This document shows, one piece after another, positions 7,545 through 14,749 of a stretch of 24,734 bases of DNA. Within the stretch, counting starts at the first letter, position 1, and every line of letters starts with the position of its first letter. The translations under genes and the position numbers were made by a program. The notes below the pieces were generated by a model. The model searched no databases. It was not told the DNA's origin and saw only the letters and a list, made by a program, of their open reading frames with translations. The stretch spans positions 1-24,734 of the IMG/VR virus record IMGVR_UViG_3300032305_001326; one strand, 5' to 3'. The DNA is from a virus. Taxonomy: Duplodnaviria > Caudoviricetes.

Positions 7545-7928
7545 ATGTACACACAAGATTTAAACAATTTATTTAAATTATTCGAAACCGATTTAACAAA
7601 TTGGAAAACTACATCAACTTATCCAAAATCATCAATTGATTATGCTGTTGTAGAATTAGAAAATGGTAAGCAAGAATTAACATTAAGTGTTTTGGGCCAT
7701 AATCCAAAAGATATTAAGTTAGAAGTTACCGAAGATAAAATTGTAATTAAAGCTAAAAAGGATGAAGAAAGTTCGCAATTGGTAAAAGATATAGATTTAT
7801 CTTTTTCAGTTGGTAAAGATTATGATGGAACTAAAACCGAAGCCAAATTCGTTAATGGGTTACTTATATTATCAATAGATAAGAAAGAAGAGAGAAAAGC
7901 AAAATCTATATCAATTAAAGTTGGTTAA
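7545..7928 (+). CDS. Small heat shock protein (Hsp20/alpha-crystallin family)
   Basis: LSVLGHNPKDIKLEV...AKFVNGLLILSI...KSISIK: alpha-crystallin core plus the C-terminal IxI motif. Confidence 0.9.
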   Translation: MYTQDLNNLFKLFETDLTNWKTTSTYPKSSIDYAVVELENGKQELTLSVLGHNPKDIKLEVTEDKIVIKAKKDEESSQLVKDIDLSFSVGKDYDGTKTEAKFVNGLLILSIDKKEERKAKSISIKVG

Positions 7929-7951
7929 TTCAAATTTTTTCATTACCTTTA
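7920..7951 (+). promoter_or_regulatory. Bacteroidota-type promoter variant (GTTG-N20-TACCTTTA)
   Basis: Same -7 variant and spacing as at 2522-2553; abuts the terminator hairpin. Confidence 0.45.
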
Positions 7952-7985
7952 TGGGTGGTAGGTTTATACTTATCACCCATTTTTT
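7951..7985 (+). terminator. Rho-independent terminator downstream of hsp20
   Basis: ATGGGTGGTAGGT-TTAT-ACTTATCACCCAT: a 13-bp stem with two G-U pairs, followed by a T run. Confidence 0.8.
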
Positions 7986-8016
7986 ATTTAAAAATATATT
8001 TAAAATACTTATTAGT

Positions 8017-8193
8017 ATGATATACAACGAAAAAATACAAATGTTATTGGAATCTTTAGACGGTAAGTTAAGGATTTTGCAAAACGGAATTACGGGCGCA
8101 CAACATATGTCACCCTCGGAAGCTCACACTACTTTAGAAGATGCTAGAAAGATAGCAGAACGAATCTCTGAATTAACTAGAATTAATAGATAA
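8017..8193 (+). CDS. Small helical hypothetical protein (58 aa)
   Basis: MIYNEKIQMLLESLDGKLRIL... The ATG at 8017 is preferred to the TTG at 7921, which would run through the terminator. Confidence 0.7.
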   Translation: MIYNEKIQMLLESLDGKLRILQNGITGAQHMSPSEAHTTLEDARKIAERISELTRINR

Positions 8194-8194
8194 T

Positions 8195-9358
8195 ATGAAT
8201 TGGCTTAAATTTTTAGTCGGATTATCTGCACTAATTATTGCCGGATGTGCAGCATACTTCTCCGTAACAGGTTTGGGTGTTCTTTTCGCAGGAGCATCTG
8301 TATCAGTTATGGTAATGGCTAGCGCTTTAGAATTAGCTAAATTAGTTGCGGCAACATATCTCAAACAAAAATGGGATGAAATTGGAGGATTTAATAAATG
8401 GTATTTAACTATATCAGTAGCAGTATTAATGCTAATCACTTCAGCAGGTATTTTTGGATACCTTTCAAATGCTTTTCAGGCACAATCACTTCAATTACAG
8501 CAAGTAGATAGAGAAATCGCAGTTCATCAAACTAAAATTGACCAAAATACGGCTCAAATTACCCAACTCTCTACTCAAATTACCGAATTTAATACCAATC
8601 AGGGTAAAATATTAGATGGTGGTAAGGTAAATTCACGTCTTATTCGTTCTATTGATAATAGGGATAAAGAAATTAGTAAAATTAACGATAAAATTTCCGA
8701 TTTACAAACTCAAAATGCCGGTGAAACTCAAAAAATCAACGAAATTAAAATAAAAAACTTAGATTTAGAAAAAGAAGTTGGTGGGTTTCGTTTTGTTGCC
8801 GAAGCATTTGGTATGGAATTGAAAAATGTTGTAAAATTCTTCATATTTTTGATTGTAATCGTATTTGACCCGTTAGCAGTAGCGTTAATTATCGCATTTA
8901 ATGGTTTAATCGAAACTAAAAAACAAAAACAAAGTAGACTTTTGGGTGAAATGATGGAAAATGACCAAAAATTGGGTTTATATGAGGTTTATGGTGATAA
9001 CAAAGAAGATATAGTGGAAAATATTTCAAAAAATACCGAAGATAGTGGAAAAAATTTACCAATTGAGAAAGAAACTGAAATTTTAAAAGAAAATATTCGT
9101 ATTCCGATAGATTGTGATGGCGATGGTATTATAGATGGGTATGATACCAATGGCGATGGGATGATTGATGAATGGAAAGAGATAGGTCCTAGAAATGGAA
9201 TTATACCATATTACGCAAAACCTGAATTTAATTGGAATAACAAAAATGCTTGGATAAACGACCAAAATGCAGTAAATTTTTGGTTAAACTCCAAAGGAGG
9301 TACATTCCGAGAACTAACTAGAATCAAAAACGAAAACGATAATATAAAAACTTATTAA
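8195..9358 (+). CDS. Membrane protein: 3 N-terminal TM helices, long coiled coil, TM helix, acidic tail with DxDGDG motifs
   Basis: Hydrophobic segments in the first ~90 aa and around FFIFLIVIVFDPLAVALIIAF, Gln-rich heptads between them, and DCDGDGIIDGYDTNGDGMIDE. Confidence 0.75.
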   Translation: MNWLKFLVGLSALIIAGCAAYFSVTGLGVLFAGASVSVMVMASALELAKLVAATYLKQKWDEIGGFNKWYLTISVAVLMLITSAGIFGYLSNAFQAQSLQLQQVDREIAVHQTKIDQNTAQITQLSTQITEFNTNQGKILDGGKVNSRLIRSIDNRDKEISKINDKISDLQTQNAGETQKINEIKIKNLDLEKEVGGFRFVAEAFGMELKNVVKFFIFLIVIVFDPLAVALIIAFNGLIETKKQKQSRLLGEMMENDQKLGLYEVYGDNKEDIVENISKNTEDSGKNLPIEKETEILKENIRIPIDCDGDGIIDGYDTNGDGMIDEWKEIGPRNGIIPYYAKPEFNWNNKNAWINDQNAVNFWLNSKGGTFRELTRIKNENDNIKTY

Positions 9359-9362
9359 TTTA

Positions 9363-9394
9363 TTTGGTATTCTAATATTTTTTTAGTATATTTG
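9363..9394 (+). promoter_or_regulatory. Bacteroidota-type -33/-7 promoter
   Basis: TTTG (9363-9366), 20 nt, TATATTTG (9387-9394), upstream of uvsE. Confidence 0.75.
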
Positions 9395-9418
9395 GATATA
9401 AAATCTAAAAATATTATT

Positions 9419-10348
9419 ATGAATTTAGGATATGCATGTATTAATATGACAATGGGTAAGAAAGTTACTACTAACCGAACTATGGTTAAAAGAACATTCA
9501 AATCAAAAGGGTTAGACTATGTTTCTGAACTCGCATTACTTAATGCAAAAGATATTATCAAAATTTTAGAGTGGAATCGAATGAATGGAATTAATTTATT
9601 CCGTTTATCATCTGCTCTCATTCCGTGGGGTGATAATATTGATATTACTCAATTAAAAGATTACAAAGAGATTAAATGGGAATTAAAAAAAGCTGGTCTT
9701 TTTGCTAAATTCCATAATATGCGTATTAACTCACATCCAGGTCCATTTAACGTATTAGTTTCACCAAACGAATCGGTTGTACTTAAAACTATCGCTGATT
9801 TAGAATTACATGGTAAAGTATTTGATATGATGGGGTTATCTAAAACAACATATAACAATATTAATATCCATTGTAATGGTGTCTACGGAGATAAAAAATC
9901 CGCATTAGATAGATTCATCAAAAACTTTCAAAGACTCTCTAAATCGGTTCAAAAACGACTTACAATAGAGAATGATGATAAGGCATCTATGTATTCAGTT
10001 AAAGACCTTATGTATGTACATAATGCAATTGGTATTCCTATTGTATTTGATTACCATCATCACCAATTCTGCACCGGCGATTTATCCGAAGAACAAGCCC
10101 TTAAACTGGCATCTACAACTTGGCCTAAAGATATTAAGCAAGAAGTTCACTATTCCGAAAGTAAGGCATTACACGAAAATAACCCAAAAGAAAAGCCACA
10201 AGCTCACTCATTATACATTAACGAATTACCAAATACCTATGGATTAGATTTAGATATTATGGTAGAAGCTAAGGGTAAAGAGTTAGCTATATTACCTTAT
10301 TTAAAATATCAAACAAATGAAAAAGTATCTTGCACAAGCAGCATTTAA
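9419..10348 (+). CDS. uvsE: UV DNA damage endonuclease (UvsE/UVDE)
   Basis: MNLGYACIN, FRLSS, HPGPFNVL, IENDD, VFDYHHH, HYSES, AHS and DIMVEAKGKE motifs. Start moved to ATG 9419. Confidence 0.92.
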   Translation: MNLGYACINMTMGKKVTTNRTMVKRTFKSKGLDYVSELALLNAKDIIKILEWNRMNGINLFRLSSALIPWGDNIDITQLKDYKEIKWELKKAGLFAKFHNMRINSHPGPFNVLVSPNESVVLKTIADLELHGKVFDMMGLSKTTYNNINIHCNGVYGDKKSALDRFIKNFQRLSKSVQKRLTIENDDKASMYSVKDLMYVHNAIGIPIVFDYHHHQFCTGDLSEEQALKLASTTWPKDIKQEVHYSESKALHENNPKEKPQAHSLYINELPNTYGLDLDIMVEAKGKELAILPYLKYQTNEKVSCTSSI

Positions 10349-10715
10349 ATCATCATCGAATGATTTAAAATATTCAATGTATATTGGAAGATGGCAACCT
10401 TGGCACGAAGGACATCGTTGGTTGATTGACCAAAGATTAAATGAAGGTAAAAAGGTTTTAATTTGTATTAGAGATGTAGAGCCTGATGAGAAGAATCCGT
10501 GGACTCCATTAGAAGTTTTACAAAATTTATCAAATGAGTTATTAGATATAATTCAAGAAGGTAAGGTTAAAATTATTATCATACCTGATATCGAATCAAT
10601 TAATATTGGTAGAGGAGTTGGATATGATGTAATTGAACATTGTCCACCCGATGAAATTAAAGAAATATCAGCCACAGCTATCCGAAATCAAATGAAAGAG
10701 GAAGGTAAATTATGA
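10317..10715 (+). CDS. Small HxGH nucleotidyltransferase (cytidylyltransferase-like superfamily)
   Basis: IGRWQPWHEGH, NPW, GRGVGY and ISATAIR (KMSKS-equivalent). Confidence 0.8.
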   Translation: MKKYLAQAAFKSSSNDLKYSMYIGRWQPWHEGHRWLIDQRLNEGKKVLICIRDVEPDEKNPWTPLEVLQNLSNELLDIIQEGKVKIIIIPDIESINIGRGVGYDVIEHCPPDEIKEISATAIRNQMKEEGKL

Positions 10716-10924
10716 TAGTAGAACGTAAGAGACACATTGCTAAAACCATCTCATATCGTATTTTAAGTACCATAATTGGATTCTTATTAATGTGGTTGAT
10801 AAGTGGTTCAATTAAAGTTGGAGCAGCATTTGGAGTAGCAGAGTTGATTTATAAACCCATTCAGTATTATATTCACGAAAGAATATGGTATAAATGGATT
10901 AAATATGGTTTAAAAAATAAATAA
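10712..10924 (+). CDS. DUF2061-like small membrane protein
   Basis: RHIAKTISYRILST...YYIHERIWYKWIKYG signature. ATGA overlap with the upstream gene. Confidence 0.75.
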   Translation: MIVERKRHIAKTISYRILSTIIGFLLMWLISGSIKVGAAFGVAELIYKPIQYYIHERIWYKWIKYGLKNK

Positions 10925-10925
10925 A

Positions 10926-11036
10926 ATGGATAATCAAGGAAAAAGAAAAGAGCAAACTAAATTTTCAGAAGATGCATCATTCTATTCACTAATAGGATTG
11001 TTGATAACTTTACTAATTACAATAATATTAAAATAA
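10926..11036 (+). CDS. 36-aa single-TM peptide (not in the ORF track)
   Basis: MDNQGKRKEQTKFSEDASFYSLIGLLITLLITIILK exactly fills the gap (1 nt after the previous stop, 2 nt before the next ATG). Confidence 0.65.
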   Translation: MDNQGKRKEQTKFSEDASFYSLIGLLITLLITIILK

Positions 11037-11038
11037 AT

Positions 11039-11674
11039 ATGAAATTAATCGTAGACAAAACATCAAATGGATTAACTAATCCAGAGTTTATAAAACATCT
11101 AAAAACGCCTGTACCTAAATCAGAATTAACTCAATTTGAAGCTGATATTTTAAAAGATACTTTATTTGCGGCATTAAAGGGAATGGGTGGCGTTGGATTA
11201 TCTGCAAACCAAATTGGAGTTAATAAGAGAGCTTGTGTTATTAAATTTAATGATACTGAATTATTTTTATTAAATCCTATTATAACAGAACGTTCTAAAG
11301 ATGGGTTCTTATTTTATGAAGGATGTTTATCAATTCCATCAACAATGGAAAAACCTATAAGAACAATTAGAGCTAATTATATTGTAGTACAAACCGATAA
11401 TTTGGGTGAAATTAGATTTGAAATAAACCCAGAAGAAGATAGAGCTGGAGATAAAATATCCGAAGATACTATGAAAACAGTTATTGCTCAGCATGAAATT
11501 GACCATTTGGATGGTATCACTATCAAAGATAGAGTATATTCAACGACTGTTGTTAAAAAGCAAGAGTATGGTAGAAACGATAAGGTTATAATGAAATCAC
11601 CCGATGGAGAACTAATTGAAGTTAAGGTTAAAAAAGCAAACAATTATTTTTTACAAGGATATGAAATAGTATAA
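11039..11674 (+). CDS. def: Peptide deformylase with C-terminal extension
   Basis: All three motifs are present: GVGLSANQIG, EGCLSIP and QHEIDHLDG. Confidence 0.95.
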   Translation: MKLIVDKTSNGLTNPEFIKHLKTPVPKSELTQFEADILKDTLFAALKGMGGVGLSANQIGVNKRACVIKFNDTELFLLNPIITERSKDGFLFYEGCLSIPSTMEKPIRTIRANYIVVQTDNLGEIRFEINPEEDRAGDKISEDTMKTVIAQHEIDHLDGITIKDRVYSTTVVKKQEYGRNDKVIMKSPDGELIEVKVKKANNYFLQGYEIV

Positions 11675-11675
11675 T

Positions 11676-11918
11676 ATGGAATTAATAATAATAATTTTAG
11701 TTGTATTTTTAGTAGCAGCTGGATATACCATATGGAATCTTCTTAATAAATTAGAAAAATATGAAGATTTTTTAGAAGAAGAAACAAAAAGAAACGAAGC
11801 ATTGCTGGAAGCATTAAGAGAAATAGATTCTCGTGAAATGTTTGAGAAGGATGATGAAGTAGGTTCTATATTTTATCAAATAAAAGAAACTATCGAAAGA
11901 TTCAAACAATTCAATTAA
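11676..11918 (+). CDS. Small N-terminally membrane-anchored coiled-coil protein
   Basis: MELIIIILVVFLVAAGYTIW TM helix followed by a charged helix. Confidence 0.7.
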   Translation: MELIIIILVVFLVAAGYTIWNLLNKLEKYEDFLEEETKRNEALLEALREIDSREMFEKDDEVGSIFYQIKETIERFKQFN

Positions 11919-11920
11919 AA

Positions 11921-12610
11921 ATGCCAAGAAAAGCCAAAAGTAAACAATACTTTACAAAAGATACAGAAGATGCTATCGTAGAATATAACTCAACGGATGA
12001 CCAACGAATCAAAGATAGAGTTTATAAAGATAGAATTAAACCCGCATTTGACAAACTTGCGGAAATAGTTTATAACAAATGGAAATTTACATATTTTGAT
12101 GATGACCCACAAGATGTAATGTGTGAGGTTGTTGCCTTTATGATTGAAAAGATTCATATGTATAAAGCTGGAAAAGGTAAAGCATTTTCCTATTTTACTA
12201 TTGTGGCAAGAAATTATCTTATTTTAAATAATAACGCAAACTATAAAAGATATAAGAATACAGATGTAATATCATCTTTGCCAGAAAATTGGGATACCGA
12301 AAATAATTGGGCAGAAGAAGTTCGTAACGATGAACATAGAACTTTTAATGATAGAATGTTATTGTATTGGGATGCACATTTAGAAAACTATTTTCAAAAG
12401 AAAAGAGATATTCAAATAGCAGATGCAGTATTAGAATTATTTAGAAGAGCAAATTATATTGAAAGTTTCAACAAAAAATCTTTGTATCTACTTATTAGAG
12501 AAATGACTGGTTACCCTACTCACTACATAACTAAAGTTGTCAACAAAATGAAAGAAAGACAAATGGAGTTATATAATGAATTTGATAGAGAGGGTGATAT
12601 AAAAATTTAA
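11921..12610 (+). CDS. Phage sigma factor, T4 gp55-like (late transcription)
   Basis: KLAEIVYNKWKFTYF...DVMCEVVAFMIEKIHMYKAGKGKAFSYFTIVARNYL resembles sigma region 2 and the gp55 motif FDPxKxxNPFAYFTQI. Confidence 0.65.
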   Translation: MPRKAKSKQYFTKDTEDAIVEYNSTDDQRIKDRVYKDRIKPAFDKLAEIVYNKWKFTYFDDDPQDVMCEVVAFMIEKIHMYKAGKGKAFSYFTIVARNYLILNNNANYKRYKNTDVISSLPENWDTENNWAEEVRNDEHRTFNDRMLLYWDAHLENYFQKKRDIQIADAVLELFRRANYIESFNKKSLYLLIREMTGYPTHYITKVVNKMKERQMELYNEFDREGDIKI

Positions 12611-12614
12611 TATT

Positions 12615-14321
12615 ATGGTATTATTAGGTATTTCCGCATTTTATCACGATTCTGCGGTATGTTTATTTGAAGATGGTAAAGTAATAGCAGCTATTGAAGA
12701 AGAAAAGTTATCTGGCATAAAGCACGATAACTCTTTTCCAATTAAAGCAATTGAATGGGTTTTAGAATATTCTAAAAAAACTATATCAGATATTGATACT
12801 ATATGTTGGTATGAGGACCCGCAATTAAAATACGATAGAGTAAAAAATACTTTAGGTAAACATTGGTGGAAAAATAGAAAGACTTGGAAATTATTTAAAG
12901 AGGATTTTGAAAGTAAAGAAGGAAATTTAACTACATATTTAGCTAATAAATTAAATTTTGTAGGTAATATTCAATATGTAAAACACCATTATTCTCATTT
13001 AGCATTTTCATATTATACATCACCATTTCACGATGCAATTGGTATATCAATCGATGGTGTTGGAGAATGGGAAACGGCATTAGCTGTAAGATGTAAAGAT
13101 AATCAATTTGAAGAAATAAATTCATTACTATTTCCAAACTCATTGGGATTAGTATATTCCACTATAACTGCATATTTAGGATTCAAACCAAATAATGGCG
13201 AATATAAAGTTATGGGGTTAGCACCATATGGAGATGCTTCCAAATATAAGCACATTTTTGATAAAATGTTTAGGTTTGATAGAGAAGGTGTTATCCAAAT
13301 AAATCAAAAATATTTTACTTGGCAATACTCTAATACCGATATGTACACATATGAATTGGTAAAATTAATTGGATTAGAACCAAGAGAACCCGAATCAAAA
13401 ATAGAACAACATCATATGGATTTAGCTGCGGCTTTACAAATGTGGTATGAGAGTTGTTTTTACTTTTTTGTAAATAATTGTATGCAAAAAGTTGAAACCA
13501 CTAACTTAGTATTGGGTGGAGGCTCTGCTTATAATGGAACAGCTAATGGTAAGATACAAAAACATACATCAGCTAATAATTTATGGATACCATTTGCACC
13601 ATCCGATGCAGGCTCTACAATTGGCGCTTGTTTATATTATTGGCATAATATATTAGATAACCCTAAAGTGATAGGAGGCGATAATCAATCCCCATATTTA
13701 GGACCTGAATGGAGTAATAAAGAAATAACTGATATTATTCTAAAAAATAGAAATAAAGATAATAAATTAAATGCGATGTATTATGAAGCAACTGATATGC
13801 TATGTGAAGAAGTTGCAAAATTAATCAATGAAGGTAATATTATAGGATGGTTTCAAAGTAGAACCGAATTTGGTGCGAGAGCGTTAGGTAATCGTTCTAT
13901 ATTAGCTAATCCACATTTACCGGATGTTAGGGATAGAATTAATAAGGTTGTCAAAAAGAGAGAGATGTTTAGACCATTTGCTCCATCGGTAACATTTGAA
14001 GATTATGAAAAATATTTCTCATCCGAATCGGAAGTTCCATATATGAATCAAGTAGTTAAAGTTACTGATTACAAATCTATACCATCCGTAACGCACGTTG
14101 ATGGTTCTGCTCGAATTCAAACTGTAAAAAGAGAATCAAATCCATTATATTATGATTTGTTAAAAGAGTTTGAAAAAATAAGTGGTACACCAATATTATT
14201 AAATACTTCTTTCAATCTAAGAGGACATACAATGACAAATGACCCACATAAAGCAATTTGGACATTCCTTAATTGTGATATGGACTATTTGGTATTGGGT
14301 AATTATTTGATAAGTAAATAA
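12615..14321 (+). CDS. O-carbamoyltransferase, NodU/CmcH/TobZ family
   Basis: LGISAFYHDSA, HHYSH, IDGVGE, EYKVMGLAPYG, LGGGSAYNG, PSDAG, EFGARALGNRS, KKREMFRPFAP, HVDGSARIQTV and LLNTSFN. Confidence 0.95.
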   Translation: MVLLGISAFYHDSAVCLFEDGKVIAAIEEEKLSGIKHDNSFPIKAIEWVLEYSKKTISDIDTICWYEDPQLKYDRVKNTLGKHWWKNRKTWKLFKEDFESKEGNLTTYLANKLNFVGNIQYVKHHYSHLAFSYYTSPFHDAIGISIDGVGEWETALAVRCKDNQFEEINSLLFPNSLGLVYSTITAYLGFKPNNGEYKVMGLAPYGDASKYKHIFDKMFRFDREGVIQINQKYFTWQYSNTDMYTYELVKLIGLEPREPESKIEQHHMDLAAALQMWYESCFYFFVNNCMQKVETTNLVLGGGSAYNGTANGKIQKHTSANNLWIPFAPSDAGSTIGACLYYWHNILDNPKVIGGDNQSPYLGPEWSNKEITDIILKNRNKDNKLNAMYYEATDMLCEEVAKLINEGNIIGWFQSRTEFGARALGNRSILANPHLPDVRDRINKVVKKREMFRPFAPSVTFEDYEKYFSSESEVPYMNQVVKVTDYKSIPSVTHVDGSARIQTVKRESNPLYYDLLKEFEKISGTPILLNTSFNLRGHTMTNDPHKAIWTFLNCDMDYLVLGNYLISK

Positions 14322-14344
14322 TTATTAGTATATAAACAAACAAT

Positions 14345-14749
14345 ATGAGCGCAGAATTTAAATTATTTGATGGTAAAAACTTATCATCATTATTCAAAGA
14401 TATATACGATAATCAACAAGTAAAGAAGAAGAACATTTCTGAAATGATTGAATCCCTTCGTAAATTGATTAAGAACGTAGGAGAAGCAACTGTACTTGCT
14501 CCAATTATAAGAGATTTAATAGATACATCCGTTAAAAATGATGACCATTTAATTAAACTTGCAACAATCGCACAAAGATTGGCATCTGCGGAAGCCAAAG
14601 GTATTGGTGAAGATGGGTGGTTGAGTGAGCATGAAAAAACCCAATTACTTACCGAATTGGAAGATACGGTAAATGAAATTGATAAAAAGAATGAAGAAAA
14701 ATTGGTTGATATTCAGATAGAATTAGATGAAATTAAATCTAAAATATAA
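14345..14749 (+). CDS. Helical phage protein (weak resemblance to T4 gp16 small terminase)
   Basis: 134-aa helical-hairpin-like ORF heading the structural module. The functional call is tentative. Confidence 0.4.
   Translation: MSAEFKLFDGKNLSSLFKDIYDNQQVKKKNISEMIESLRKLIKNVGEATVLAPIIRDLIDTSVKNDDHLIKLATIAQRLASAEAKGIGEDGWLSEHEKTQLLTELEDTVNEIDKKNEEKLVDIQIELDEIKSKI

Noticed and set aside
7921-8016. TTG-started N-terminal extension of the 8017..8193 ORF
   Set aside because: It runs through a promoter-like element and the terminator hairpin; ATG 8017 is more plausible.
9392-9418. TTG start for uvsE
   Set aside because: It overlaps the -7 promoter box, and the family N-terminus (M-x-LGYAC) begins at ATG 9419.
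9972-10247. 91-aa + strand ORF nested in uvsE
   Set aside because: It is an alternative frame entirely inside a well-supported gene, with no motif.
10317-10348. 32-nt overlap of uvsE and the nucleotidyltransferase as a programmed frameshift or fusion
   Set aside because: Both ORFs are complete, with their own start and stop, and no clear slippery site is present. A short C-terminal run-on explains it.
14345-14749. Firm call as terminase small subunit
   Set aside because: There is only a vague helical resemblance and no large terminase adjacent in the window, so the call is left tentative.
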